Assembly: GCA_040954595.2 (NCBI GenBank)
Contig: CM082585.2
Coordinates: 11,673,079 to 11,730,719 of the forward strand
Direction of reading: 5' to 3'
DNA length: 57,641 bases
From: Balanoglossus misakiensis
Taxonomy: Eukaryota; Animalia; Hemichordata
Notes under the pieces: model-generated
What the model was told of the DNA's origin: nothing
Databases searched by the model: none
What the model saw: the letters and a program-made list of their open reading frames with translations, nothing else
In this document: one piece after another, positions 27,601 to 42,324 of the stretch
How positions within the stretch are numbered: the stretch's first letter is position 1
Layout: each line of letters starts with the position of its first letter
Position numbers and translations under genes: made by a program

Positions 27601-30600
27601 TCTTACCATGCTTCCAAGTCTATCCCATTCCCGGATGAGATGGTTGAAATCCAGATAGATCAACGGATTCCAGAACCTGGGAAAGTATCCTTCGTAGGGA
27701 ATTCCCCTACCCTGGATGAAACAGAAGGGAAAAGGAAAATGCTGTAAAAAGAACCCACCATTCAAGGAAAAAACTCCCCATAAATTATCTTGCCACTTTA
27801 GCTGTTCTTTAGACCCTCAAAATTTTTATACAAATAATGATTTGTAAGAACACTCACATTTTCAACCCAAACTGATTTTTCATCTTCCTTCAAGATGTAA
27901 TTCTTCACACCAACTTCAGCTGCGACTCGGAAGAGCCTGTTCTGAGTAACACCACCGTAAGATCCACCCAAGTCACACCATCCAAAATCATCACCCTGTA
28001 AGAGAATGCTATAGGTCATAAATGCATACATAACATTTGACAATTGCATCTGCATGTTTGAAGCACTATCATCTCTAACTTTTGGTAATTCTTTTCAATA
28101 TGTTTGTTTTGCACGCAAACTGCGGAACTGTTTTCAAATCCTAAAACACAATAAAATGTTTGGTGGTATGCTTATCAACACAGCCGATGGCCAGTCTGCA
28201 ACCCTACCACATGGCAGAGCAACTTCTGATGAGAAACAAATTAAACCCCCCTCCTCCCAATTTCACAATGACAGTACCTCAATAGTCAGAGTCCGACCGC
28301 CAACCCTGTCCCTCGCCTCCAAAAGAAGGAAATCAATACCCTCCTTCTGTAGCAAATGGGCTGCACTCAAACCTAAAAAGTAAACAAAAGTTAGAATATC
28401 ACGAATGTACCATAGTTGATTTCAAGAACGCATATCCAGGCTGACATGTTGTCCACTTTATTCAACCAGAATTAAACATTTATGACTTTGAAAAAAGATG
28501 CATTGATGGACGAAAAATCTATTCTCTGCCGGTCAGAATGATTGAGCCTTTCAATGTCATATCAGACATTCAGAGGTGTCATTGTGAATCCATACAATAC
28601 ATAACTATAATTATTGAGTTTCCATGGAGATACTCAGCGCTGTACATCACATTACCTCTGTGTAGCAACAGTATGACAATATGGCTGATACTGTTTTGAA
28701 CACATCATTTAAAAAAATATGCAGTAAACATGATTTTAAATTTGCAGCAGCTGCTCAAAAACAATTTCCTCTGCATGACTCTGATATTGATCATGAGTTT
28801 TTCTGTAAATAATGATGATAGTACTTGAAAAGCAATTAAAAATGTCACTCAAATTCATACATTTGTATGGATGTAATTACTTTTTAGTAGAATGTATTAT
28901 GTGTCTATGCAAACCAGACATATTGCATTACCAAAATCAACATTAATTTTGTAATGACTCATGATGTCAAATTTTGCAACTTGGTGCTAAGTTGTTTTAG
29001 TCCATTTTATTAAATTAGAGCAAATGGTATTAATTGCATAAAACAATGATTGGTTGACCTGCAGGTAAAATTACACCTTTCCCTTCAAGCAATTTCAATC
29101 ACTTAGTGTGTAATTTAACTTCGGAGGTCATTTTATTTTATAGATAGAATTCTGATCAGGTGAAAACCCTTCATTATGCTGTAAGCCATGAAACTCTTGA
29201 GTCTACACTTTTTCCCATTGAACATCTGCACCCTGACATCAATATTCTCAGCTTGTCATTTTCAGGCACCCGGGAATCATCAATGCAAACACTGGGATTG
29301 CTTTTATTTCCATCTCAGGAGAATAATGACATGCTCACGCTGGACACTAAATTTTTCAATTACTATATCCTCCAAGTGAGAGTTAATTCTTAGATTCCAT
29401 ATTATGAAGACTTCTCCCATTCATGTTTCAAGCCAAGATTTCCTCTTAATACATGCATGTTTGAAGATGATTTAGATTTACTTCAGGATACTAAAAGTAG
29501 AGCCCAGGGAGTTATCTTTCTATGATTTATAATATTCTAGTTTTTGTGTGTGTATGTGTGTGTAATTTATGACCACTGCAAGTGGAACAACAGCCCAGAT
29601 TTATTATAGAGTAACAACCCTAGGAGAACTCTTTCCGCTCCGAAAATCACAGAGCTTTACAAAGATTTAGAAAGTCAATCCACAAAATGATGAATACTGA
29701 TGGAAAGGTACAAGTCACGTAGTAGGGAACTTGAATCAACATTTCACGGCCTACTATAGTTGTCCCTCTCTATTAAATTCGTCCCCAGGGACAAATCTTA
29801 GTTTGTAAAACATGACCATCAATAATAGCAGATCCATTCTAAGTGATTTGGCAGAAATATATTTTACGAATACCTTTCATGAAAAATTCATAATACAAAG
29901 TCCTTTCTGAAATGAAAGGAACCCACGTAATCATGCAAAGTGCAAATTATTAATGTAAAAAAATTGGAAGAATCAAACCACTTATTCACAGGAAGGAAGG
30001 CTATAGCTTAAATAATTGATCAACGTTTATATGCCAAACTGACTTATTGCATTCTACTGTTCTGGGGTATTGTCATTAATACTATGGTTTGTGATTATTT
30101 TCTGTTATTGCAAACTTCTCAATGAAGGTAAAGGATTTAATATGCATTCTGATATTATGATAAATGAACATTACTTTTTTGATCAAAAGCAAGCTCCAAT
30201 GGGGACTGTGAATTTATGGCCTCAGCTAGACGTATTCCCTGAATTTCATTGTGAACGAGATTTGTGTGTATTTTAGACCGCTGGGTATAGCAACGTTTTC
30301 CATAGCTACAGTGAAGCCGTAACATGAGGTTAATCTCCATGGAGTAACTTCAGACAGGCTACGTGCTTGAATGATCATGTCACATGACATACAACCAAAG
30401 GTCATCCAACAATTGAAATGCAAGACATAACTCTCTATTGGCTGGTCGACAAGGCAATTGCACAGGATAAAATACTTCAGATTAACAGAATCAATGCATA
30501 CAAAATGCCATCAGAATAATGGACTTTATGGATGCTTAATACAGTAAAAGTGGGTGAAAGAAATGAACAAAAATGCTCAAATGTTTGCGTTTTAATATTC

Positions 30601-31433
30601 ACTCAAATTTGCAGTTATACCTGAGTGTCAATATCACAGATGATTTTTTATTTCTCCACTTTATTTGATAACATCTTTACAATGGTAAAGGTACTTATTG
30701 TGTACAGTGGACAGGTGAGATCATCTATAATGCAAGATTCGGGACAGACAAGCAATAAAATTTGGCCTTGAGTTACCATCATAAAATACACACAACAGGA
30801 AAGATCACACAAAAATGCTGTGTTTGCCACTGTGTGACAGATTGGAGAGTGATATATGACAAGGGCGCTGATTGGATAATAAACGTTCTATGAAGAACGT
30901 ACCAAATATGTTAGCCAATGGCGTGGCGTGTAGTACACGGACAGGGTATTCATGCAATGTACCAGACGACAGTCTTGCAGACGACATTAAATGTCAATAT
31001 CTCTAGTTCAAATTTACATTGCCATATTTTACTTTCATTCAAGACAATGGAATACTTTTGTCGCATTCTCGTCTTCGGCTTGTATGATGCAAAATATCGC
31101 CAACTCGTGTGAATAATTTGTCAATCCCAGGCCAAGGATGTGAGGTTCTATAAAGTATAAAGTTCTAGCTCTGTCGAGGATCATTACCGAGTTACGACCA
31201 GGGGAGATCTACGTTCTGTAACACGATAAGAGATCATCGAGGGGGATTTAGGTCAACGACTTGGTCGACATCGTCCCTTGGCTGATGCATGCATTGTCAT
31301 TGTATTTTTAGGTTCAACGACGTTTAGTATTTATGACAGTCATCATTGTACTGTGTTGATCGAAAGCTGGGCCCCACTTACCGCTTAGTCCCGCGCCGAT
31401 TACAATAACATCGTGACGACCATCGCTTGCCAT
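24631..31433 (-). CDS. Flavin-containing monoamine oxidase (MAO-A/B-like) with a C-terminal membrane anchor
   Basis: Exon 1 [18 protein letters not shown] (31433-31382) is followed by a 3-kb intron. Later exons give [33 protein letters not shown]...[34 protein letters not shown] (covalent-FAD Cys), [19 protein letters not shown] and a hydrophobic tail. Confidence 0.93.
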
Positions 31434-33387
31434 TCTGTGATCGTGAAGTCTTCGAATGTAGAGATATCAGCGATTACTAATTCGCTTACAAAATAATCAC
31501 TTCTTTCAGATCAAACACCGCGATGAACCGTGCAGGCTCCGCCCACCTTTATACAGAATAGCAGACAACTGTCGTCCCCAGCTAATCAATGCAAGTGCAA
31601 TCACCTTTTATACTAAACTCCCTAGCTGGTTGAAAATCGCTTACTTCGATTTACACACCTAAGTTACAAGATTTGCTACTTCTACCATTAATTTAAGCTG
31701 TTTTTTTTTTAATTTCCATCCATTTTTTTCCACACTTCAATTCACATCCCTTTTCAACTTACCGACTGCTTTTCAATGATTATTTTTTACTCTCTGTGCT
31801 GTGTCAGCCATTTGTCCTTGGTGGCAAGTTGTGATCAGATTCCGATAAAGAGGTCCAGTCACCCACGCTAATCGAAAGAAAGTGCCATCTCTAGAGAACA
31901 TTGTATCATTCATTTAAATATATTCCTCAGAAGAAGATGCCTCTAATACATAGCAACACACAAAAGTTCATGCATTCTCACACCAACTCATACCAACACA
32001 CAAAAACAGTGACACACTAAATGCATAAAACTGAATTGTATTAACACAATGAACTTATGTACAGCACGAAAAGTGTGACTTAAATTTGTCACCAACAATT
32101 CAACTGTGAAATGCCCATAATAACATTAAAATGAACTTTCAATAATAAACATATATAATTATATAAATATCATACAAGTGCGATTTGTAAATTGTGAAGA
32201 ATTATCTCGTAATACTTGAAAGATGCAAGGCTACTGTAATTTACTTTGTCAAAAAACAACAGATGAAATGAGAACACTTGATAGGCTACAGGCCAGTGAG
32301 AAATAGAAACTCTTAACAGCAAATTATAAGCATCAACATCTGCATATCCAGCATATTCAGTGAAACCTAACTGTACATGAAAGGATCAAGAAAGTTGATA
32401 TATCGTCATGTATACAGCACACAAATGACTGGCCATGAAGGCAACAGCATACAGCTGTCTCCCCAAGGGAGCATATAATATAAAGAGAAGTTTGAAAATT
32501 GCTCCTGAATTCAGTCAAGCAGTTATTGAAGTGTACAACTTACATTCACACTGATGAGATTTAATACTTTCAAGTGAGCTATGAAATTGTCATTGCTGTT
32601 ATGAATATGCGGACAATTGTAGTTCTGGCCGTTGGTGGCGGTATCACACTCCCAAGAGTCATTGCAGGCAATACTAACTGCAGGGAGTGGCCCACTAAAC
32701 AGCACAACTTATCGTCAAAACTTTGAAGTTAATTTGAGCATCTCAGATAGAATGTATAAGATACACTTTAATTTCCATGACTCTGACATGCAGTTTTTGT
32801 CTGTTTGCCTGTACATAGGCTCTGAAACAGTCAAGGAATGTTGAATTTTGTCAAGTGTATCAACTGCTATGGTTATAGTGATCAACTTTAAATGTGAAAG
32901 TACATGAACTGTGCAGGTCTACAACTACTGTCTTTAAGATCTTCAATCTGATCTTTGAACTGTACAAAATATATTTCAGCATGGCAAAAACTTGTTCTTA
33001 GTTTAAAGTTTATTCATTGAATTAGGTGGGATATCGTTGTCCTGACTTATGATTAGGATTTTTTTCATAAAAGTGAATTTAAAATTTATGAAAACTTAAG
33101 GAACTTCAACATTTTTGAACTGTCAATATTATTTTGCAAAATTTGTTAAATTCAACATGTTACTTGAAAGGTCTATAACAAAATTCTTCAACTACATGAA
33201 AACTTCAAAAACATTGCCAAAATCCCGCAAATGTTAGGGTATACACTTTTTCAGAATATTCCGTCGTTGAGGTTTGACTTCGTCCTCACACCTTCTCCGT
33301 CCACAATGGTACAGTCCATCGATTCCAAATACAATAGGCTTGGACCACTATGTAGGGGTAGAAGAGAGTTTTGATTGTGCGTATTTG

Positions 33388-36300
33388 TCAAGAAATACTG
33401 GTATGAACCGATGGGTCAGGGTTCGTAGTATTATTATGTCTCAGCAAATAGCTGTCCCTTGAACCCTTGGCACGATTTACATTGTTTCTATTCCTGCGCC
33501 AATCATTGTCGTATTGTCTCTGCAGTTTCATTGCCAGCTGAAAGTCCAGCTCTTCCTGTGAAAGTAGCGGCTTCTGAGGACTTGTAAAGCGTTCCATTGA
33601 CCTCCGAGATTTCTCTCCGTCTGCTTTGAATTTCTTGGGTTTGTTTCCCTGATCACCGCTGGTTTGACGCTTCCTTCTGATTGCTCCACTCTGAGTTTGA
33701 GTGACCTGGTCTTTGGCATCCTTGTTGTCAGAGACTTTCAATTTCTTTGGAGTAGTTTGTAATTCGTTATCAATACTTGATGTGCTGGTTACATCACTTG
33801 CACACTGTGAGTTTGCCTGGCTGCTCTTTCTTCTCCTGGGAGAAACTGCCATAGCATTGGCAATACTGTTATTTGGCAAATTTCCTGCTGTGTGTTGTGA
33901 CCTTTTGGTGCAGTCGAAGGGCTTGGTTGGAGGCCTATCACACATTTTCACTTGGTCTTGTGTTTTGGTTTTCCTGGGAGATCGGGGTGAGCTTGAAGGG
34001 CAGCTAGTCTCACTTGCTGTACGAGTCCGAGCTAGTTTGTCTCTTCTGTTGTTTGAATCAACAGTGGTACCACTCACAAGGGAGTTATCAGTATTTTTAG
34101 CTCCCCTGTTAAACATATCTGCTATAGTTCTCACTTTTGAAGTCTTGGCGTCTTTTGGCACTTGATCAAACTTCAATGTCCGTGAAGGTTTCCCACTACT
34201 TTTACACAAATCTTTGGCTGCTACTGAGTTATTATTGTTCCTGTTTCCAGATCTATTTCTGGTTCGTATCTTGTATGCAGTTCTGTCCACCACAGCGACA
34301 TCTTTGGCTTTTTCATTCAGACACTTCACACCAAGTTCATCACTCTGACTTGCACCGATTTTTACATTGTGACCCCTAAATCCAGTCTTGACTTTCTCCT
34401 GTGATTGTAAAACAGTTTGAATTTCCTCATCAGAATCCGATTTGTAGTCTGAGGGAATTTTCAGAGTTGATTTGTCAGGATGTCTACCACCACTCCTATC
34501 TCTGACAGTGAGGTGCTGCTTTGAACCACATTCTGGATCTGACTTTCTCATTTTTGCAGACTGTTCTGAAGTAACAGTTGATGACGCCTTTCTTTTCCTA
34601 GAACTCAACTCAGCTGGAACATGATTTGGTATCATGTCACACTCTGCTCTCAAGCTACGTGTTCTATCATTCACACTGCTGCTCAGAGAAACCAAGACAA
34701 GGTGTGGCGAGGGTTTTCCCACATCACCACCAGTCATCGTTCCCTTAGATTGGTTTGCCAACACCTGTTTGCGCTCGTCTGCCAGACTCAGCCATTTTGC
34801 CATCACAAGAGGTGAATGTTGGAGCCAACTCTCGTCTTCATTCAATTTGCTTTTACTGAGGTTGCAAGGTGTTGTGTGAACAAGTACTGGCGTTAATAGT
34901 GTGCCATCCAGACGTCTTTTGGGTGGTGTTCGTGGAGATGTGTGTATAGGTTTAAAATGATTCAGTTCTGGTGCGATGCTATCGATGCTTGTCGCGCTGT
35001 TCCTGCCTCCAGTTGGACTCTTCCTCCTCACCACATCAGTGTCATCTCCTTCTTTCTCCGGATCCCCTTCCTGATGCTTTTCCTCGGTAGATTTATCCAG
35101 GGATTCAATGTCAAGGTCAGTGGTATCACTGCAACTCCTGCTGGGCAGTGGCTCGCTGACGTAGTCCGGAAAGAAGCAGGATTCGGAATCTGATCGGCTC
35201 GGTGAGGTGGACTTGGATGAAGCTTTGGCAAAAAATGTCTCTATGCTGACAAGATATTCTTTACTGCCTGTCGATGACCTGCTTCCTCTCTTGTTGCCAC
35301 TTGGAGTCTTTTTTGATGGACCTGGCACAGCACTGGCGTCGGGAGATCTGCTTGTGTTTGGGACCTGTGAACGAAAATGGAATTTATGCTATAAGTACAG
35401 TAAACATTGTCTTACACTGAACACAAGTAGAGATCAGGGCCAGCTGTCAGTTTCCAGGAGTTTGGTTTACGCCTGTGTTTTCATGAAGATTAACAGATCA
35501 GAACTGTACTAAAGCACAGGGATAGTGAAAACACGTTCACAAGTAACTACCTGATTCAGTTCTTGCTGCAGTTTCCTGGCAAGTACTTCGTCGCCTTCAG
35601 GGACATGATTGAGCTGATCGTAAAGTCTCTTGGCTAACTCCTCATCACTCAGAATGCCATCTTCAAGATCTGGTTCTGAATCAACCATTGGTACCGGTAC
35701 ATCCTAGATAGTAAAAGCATACAGACTTTTAATGATCATACCAGTCAGGTTAAAGTACATAAGAGGTGATTGCAGAAATACAAAGCGCTTACCTTGCCAA
35801 CATTTTCATTTAACTTTTTGGCTAACTCTTCATCTCGTAGCCTTTGTACCTCAGATGCTTTCTTCATTTCTTCCAGGTGTTTCATCTCTTCTTCTTGTAG
35901 TTTCTTGATCAACTCAGCACTTGCCTGAAACTCTAGTTCTTCTTCCTGTCTTTTCTGCTGCCTCAGCTGAATAATAGTGAAAACCAACATTGACCATCAC
36001 TCATTCTTGAATCATTCAAAATATATGCAATCTTAGACACGTCCTTTGATCATATATAGAAAATGCTGAATTTATAGCCATATTACCTGATTCAGCTGTT
36101 CTTCATACTCTTTCCTAACCTCTCCTGGTTCGCAGATATTTGGTACATTGTGAGAAATAATTTCTGGAAAGAAGTACATGAAGTTGCATGTAAGCCAATG
36201 GGCAAACTGTTTGAAACTAATTTTGTATACACTTAACTACAGGGTGGTAACTACATTAGTTTTACCAAGTACATGTAGATTATACCCAATCGCATAGGAA

Positions 36301-36825
36301 GTTAACATTAACAAATGAACCGTGGCGACAATCGCCCGGGGCCCCCCGGGGGTTGATTAGTGGGCGTGTCACTTGACCCGTAATATTGTCACTATTTGGC
36401 GGGCTCCTTTAAAATTATGCTGTCTGCCTAGGCCAGAAAAGTCAATGTATCGACTTATTTACCCCACATTTTAACAAGACAACCGTACCTTCCTCGAAAC
36501 TCTCATCTTCAAAGCCTTCTAAACGCCTTCTACACTTTTCCGGAAAAGCAGCTTGAATAATCCTCCATCGATTCTGGTCGATCAATTTGTTTTCTCGAGA
36601 TCGCTTTCGGGCCCAGCTGCTGATCCTAATCCTACACATCGGACAGGTGAAGTTGGCTTCCTCGACATTCTTTCGGAAACAGGGCATACAAAGTTCGTGA
36701 GAGCATGGCATGGTTACCGGCTCGATCAGAATCGACATACATATCGGACATATACAATCCGAAAGCAACAAATCTGGCCGATTAATGTCAAGCGTCGGAC
36801 GCGATCTGTCGTCCTTAGCCGCCAT
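33388..36825 (-). CDS. RNF168: RNF168-like RING E3 ubiquitin ligase
   Basis: Exons 36825-36489, 36163-36087, 35966-35793, 35703-35551 and 35364-33388. RING CPICMSILIEPVTMPCSHELCMPC...CPMCRIRISSWAR; EPGEVRKEYEEQ; UMI/MIU motifs; C-terminal MIU-LRM QEELDFQLAMKLQ...NRAKGSRDSYLLR. Confidence 0.9.
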
Positions 36826-37077
36826 TTTGCAAAGTTTTGACAAGTCTCGTTGTGCGCGTGACGAGAAATGACGAAATGTTTATAAATAAATCGAAAAAAC
36901 TGATTACGATGTATTTTAGAAATATTTTGTTCATATCTTCCGAGTATTTGTCCAATTTGGTGTTTTGACCATTTCATAATCTGATTAAGGTATATGGCAC
37001 ACACATTTCCATTTTTGTGATATAATTTCAAAACAGACCTGTTGAACTAAATTTCCCATGAATCTGAGCAAACTAAG

Positions 37078-40000
37078 ATGGCTGCGCCCTGTCCACTTGT
37101 CGCGGGTGAGTTGATATATTGAGTTGACCCGAAAAATGAGAAAGAGTGCATACTTTGACAGTTTGAAAATATGCGACACTAACACGGAGTGAAACAAACT
37201 AGAATTTTGCAAGAATGTTGTGTGAAAGTTCTTTTCTTTGAAGTATCTCGAGTTAGACTGCCACATGGCAATGTTTTCGTCGCACGTGCACGTGTGATAA
37301 TGTACACACCTTCCACGTTGTGTCCCCCTCATACATCTTACCATATTGCTGCAGTTTTGTAGCCCCGCGACTACCCTTGACGATTTTTGTCTAACTTCCC
37401 CATACCATGTGGTACGTCCATGCCCTCACATAAACAGCCGTAGATCCGCAGCAGATAAATGTAGCCCTGAATCCCGTACAGTGTTTTCCGAGAAGGGGGC
37501 GTTGCCCCCAAAAGACTGCCAGAGCACCAGGGTTACAATTATTGCACTTGCATATGTTTGGTTGTATTCTCTTTTTACAGTGCGGGCCTCTGCAGGCACA
37601 TCGTTATTTCAAGGACCACCAGCATTGAAACAGTTTGACAACTTTTCAAGGTGACTATTTATTTTCTCTTTCAGTGACCTTTGACCTTGTTAACCAACTA
37701 AAGCTAATCTTTATACATGTATAACTATGGCCAATTTCATCAGGTCTGTTGGGTTGGATGTGTGTGTATTGCAATTTTCATATAATAGTATATCATTTAG
37801 CAAATACTAGTAATATGTAACAATAAATTAAGTAATGTACATTATATGTCAAATGAATAGTGAATGATCTCTTTCTTCATCTCTTGCAACAGTGACACAA
37901 GCCCAAGATGTAGAGTAATAGCATTCAGTGCTGATGGCAGTCTCTTTGCATGGTGTAATGGACAAGTGTAAGTATTACTTTTCATAAGTTATCTCTTTAA
38001 CTAATGGCTGATCAGCTGTAGCTGATAACAGAAATTGTCAGTAGTTGATGGTGGACAAATTCAGATCTGCCTATGACTGTATTTTCATGCCAGGTTTTGA
38101 AATTTCAACCACGAATGTCTCAACCATCCATGTCCAATAATGTGCGATTTTTCCCCTTGCAGCATAAATATCACCAGTTTACCAACAGGTGACTTTGTGC
38201 AGAGAATTGACCGACCCAAAACTGTGTGTCTGCAGTTTTCACCCAGAAACAACATTTTGGCAACTTGGGAACCTTATGCTGGTGAGTTATAAATCATGAG
38301 TGTTGAATGTCATGTAGCATATTGATTAGGTTGGTACATGTAATATAATGAATGCAGTCTTCTGGGGACTTTGAATTTTAACCCAATTTTGTAGGATTTA
38401 GCAGGAAAAACCATAAACCTACTACCTCTGTTGAATTCAGTTACCAAGGATACACCAGCAGGAACTCCTAATTTGCATTTATGGGATGTGAAGACTGCGC
38501 AAGACCTCAAAGGGTTTGTACAGAAGAGACAAGATACATGGTTAGTGCATTGACTTGCTGGTAGAAATCTTGTCAGGTCCCCTTTTCTCTCTACAATCTT
38601 GTTTGGTGTTTTGAAAGATGTGATGACAGCTAAACCTGATCAATATATTTTGGACATCTTCATACATGCAACAGAAATAATAAAACAAAATTCCCGACCT
38701 ACCTTCTCTATTTTTCTTTCAGGTGCCCTCAGTGGTCATCGGATGAGAGTATCTGTGCCAGAAATGTGAACAATGAAATCCATTTCTTTGAAGGCAATAA
38801 CTTCGGTGGGTACCTCTCTGTTAAAATCTGTTTGGGAAAAAAATTGATGCAGAACATGCATGGCAATGCTTGTTGGTCCAGAAGTCTGGTTGAGAATGTG
38901 TGATGACTCTCACATCATTTGCAGCGCTTCCTACCCACTGATTTTGATTTGATTTGATTTTTCACCCACACTAGACACCATAGTCAGAAAGCTTCACATC
39001 CAAAAGATTGCAGACTTCCGACTCTCTCCAGGTGACATGCCTTGCAAAGTAGCAACATATGTGCCAGGATCAAAGGTAAGATTGCAGCAGCATTATTAAA
39101 AAGTTTATCTGTAAAATATTATTATGATATGAAATACAAATGTGTTTATGAATAATTCAGCAGAATACAAATTTTCTATTTTCCAGGGTGCACCATCATT
39201 TGTACGTGTTTACAAATATCCAAATTTGGAAGGTCCTGGATCGATGATTGCAAACAAGAGTTTCTTCAAGGCTGACAGGGTCAACATATTGTGGAATAAG
39301 AAAGGTAAGCTATCAACTGAAAATCTACATGTACACTCCAGGATATTCAATGGGGATATTATAAGCCCAAAAGAGAATACATATCACTCCTATAGTTGTT
39401 TCTGTTGAAATATTGTGTTATATTTTACATCTTGACCATTCCTCACAGGGACTGATTTGTTGGTGATTACAACAGTAGACGTTGACCAAACAGGTGCATC
39501 ATATTACGGTGAACAAGCTCTTCATTACATCAGTGCAAATGGAGAAACAAGTAATGTACCTCTGGGTGAGTAGCCTGACCGCGCTCTGTGAACTCTGACC
39601 TATGACACCTAGAATGACTCCTGTTACGTTGCTTGGTAGCCCATGACCTTCAACTATCAATGCAGGTGGGCAAGTTTGATTTGATGTTCCCGTAAAAACT
39701 ATCAATGCACCTTTGCTAAGTTTAAGTCTCTATCATGTAACATTGGCATTTGTTTTTCCCTTTCCAGCCAAGAAAGGTCCTATATATAGTGTAGATTGGA
39801 ATGTGAATTCCACTGAATTCTGTGTTGTGTATGGATGTATCCTTTGTTGTTTTCATGTCTAGTTTTAGACAATGTTTTGAATTCTTTCTCGAAACATTTG
39901 TGCCAGACCTTGGTTGGGTTCTGACTTCGTATTCTATGTCTATATCTAATTGCCAAAGATATGTATTCTAGTCATGGCTACGTTGTAGTTACATCATGTG

Positions 40001-42324
40001 TGTTTGAGATCACAAAATAAGGCCATGACTTCCAAATATGGATAACAAGAGCGATACTCCTTAACTGAGTGACAGTTATGCCTGCCAAGGCAACATTGTT
40101 CAACTTGAAATGTGAGCCTGTGTTTGACTTTGGTACTGGACCCAGGAATATTGTACACTACAATCCACAAGGAACCAATATCCTTTTGATATACGTTTAG
40201 TGTCACTGTTCAATTTTCTATACATATAGTTCAGATAGATGATACAGACAGACACTGTAGCATGCACACATTCACACGTGCGTGCACCTACACAAACACA
40301 CACGTACACACATACACATGTGCCACAAGCTCACCGACATGAGAATCACTAAATGAACTTTAACAAAATTTTCCCTAACTGTTGTCACTTATTTGCTTGG
40401 CTGGATTTGGTAACCTGAGAGGAAACATGGTAAGTTAATTATGCAAGGAAAAGGTGTGCAGAGTTTAACAAAAATTGTAACGTTTCTCCCACTGGACCGT
40501 GTACTGTTTGTCTTGCCTCACATGAAAATGTCCTCCATGTAAATTTCCTAGCCACGCATGACCTTGCAGAGTCTTGTGGAGTTCTGACAATAACGCATCT
40601 TAAAATGTTTAATTTCAGGAATTCTGGGATCGCAAGAATCTGAAGAATATCAGCAAGATGACCGCCAGTGATTCGACTCACTTTGAATGGTCTCCAGATG
40701 GCGCTCACTTCTTGACTTCTACATGTTCACCCAGGTTGAGAGTAGGAAATGGGTGAGAGAGGGGGTACTTTATGGGATAAGCTGGGCTTTGTGGGGGCAG
40801 ATAGGTTCATAACCTGGGTATGTCATTTAAATGACTTTGTCTCATTGGAGCATGTGTCTTTATAAAACACTGTCTGGGAGTAATGAATATACAGTGGCTG
40901 ATTTCATGGTTTGATTAGTTCGATGTCTTCAAAGCAGTGAGGTGGATGTCAATCAATTATTAGAGAATACAATTTTGTGTACTTAGGTTCAAAGTCTGGC
41001 ACTATACAGGAAGTTTACTGTACGAGACAGAAGTAGGGGAATTGTGGGAAGCCACCTGGCAGAGTTTCCTAGAGGGAGTGCTCCCAGAGAAACCAATAGT
41101 GTACCAAGCTGTTCCATCATCCGTCAGCCCCTCCAAACCAGAAGCAAAACCTAATGCATACAGACCCCCAGCCCTGCGAGGACAGCCCCACAAAGCCATT
41201 AGCGTGGTAAGTACAGAAATCTAGTAGAATCAAAAATTGTGAATTGTTACATTACCAGTTATGTTGAGTTGTCCAAATTTAACGTAAAGAATATAGTGCA
41301 CTTTGCAATAGTGTAGGTACAAAACTGACAGGTCAAATCCTCGTCTGTTTTTCCAGCACGCTCGGGAGGAGGAATTGCCACAGAATATGAAACCCAAAGG
41401 AGACAGTGGTAAGAAATGCTACATTTTCTCCAGAAGTGTGAATTGCGCCCTCTATGCCAACAGAGTGAATGAATGGGGGATGGAAAAAAGACAGATCCAG
41501 TCTTGTTTGAAAGTGGTTGACTATTCAAACTGCTTTGTCAGTTATGTTATGCCCCTTTTCTTCTTTTTTACAGAACATTTATCAAAGTCTGCTCTGAGGA
41601 ATAAAAAGAAAAGAGAATCGAAAGCAAAAGGCAAACACGAGGTGAGGATTTGTTAAGATTAGTTTAGAGTGTGATGAAGGGGAAAGAACATTGGTCATCT
41701 TAACAGACAGAATAGATGTCTGTGATATCTAATAGTATTTTTGTTTTCAAATTTGAAGGATGAGTTATCCCAGGAAAAACGAGATGCCATCGCCATGGCA
41801 GCCTACGTCATGGCTCCATCTCAACCAGCACCACATGTCCAGAATACTTTTGACCCAGACAGCAGTGGTGCCGATCCTGAGACAGAGAAAAAAATCAAAG
41901 GACTGAGAAAGGTAGACCTATATTGTTAGTTTTTTGCAGATGTAGTCTAAAGGGAATAGAGACTCTTAAAATATTAACAACCCCATGTTGGATGAAAACC
42001 AACCAAAAATCTGTACTTGGAATGGATTTTGGTGCCATTTTCCAAACATATCAAATTTTCAACATTGAACACAATATAGATACCCAAGAGAGCAGATTTT
42101 TTTCAAACTGAATATTGCAAACTCTGAGCTCTGTGAAATTGGAATAGAAGTGTTGCTAGGAGATAGGTCTTTAATTTGCTTTTAAATTTGTTTTCTAGAA
42201 ATTGAAGCAGATCGAGAAGCTAAAAGAACAGGCAGCATCAGGAAAGCAACTTGAGAAAAACCAGTTGGAGAAACTTGCAACGGAAGACGCCATACTGCAA
42301 GAACTGGAAGAACTCAAACTTTAG
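37078..42324 (+). CDS. EIF2A: Eukaryotic translation initiation factor 2A (WD/beta-propeller)
   Basis: MAAPCPLVAVRAS..., KSFFKADRVNILWNKKG, SYYGEQALHYI, KKGPIYSVDWN, FCVVYGFMPAKATLFN, LAGFGNLRG, EWSPDG, SPRLRVGNG, AYRPPALRG, KLKQIEKLKEQ...LEKNQLEKL; TAG at 42322-42324. Confidence 0.96.
39837..40075 (+). other. U12-type (minor spliceosome) GT-AG intron in EIF2A
   Basis: Donor GTATCCTTT; branch site TCCTTAAC at 40058-40065, 10 nt from the AG; no polypyrimidine tract. Splicing restores VYG-F-MPAK. Confidence 0.92.
40178..40388 (+). other. U12-type AT-AC intron in EIF2A
   Basis: Donor ATATCCTTT; branch TTCCCTAAC at 40371-40379; acceptor AC at 40387-40388. Splicing restores NPQGT-I-ICLAGFGNL. 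Confidence 0.92.

Noticed and set aside
36320-36362. GC-rich hairpins in RNF168 intron 1 (Helitron-like end)
   Set aside because: No matching 5' end or clear CTRR terminus could be identified.
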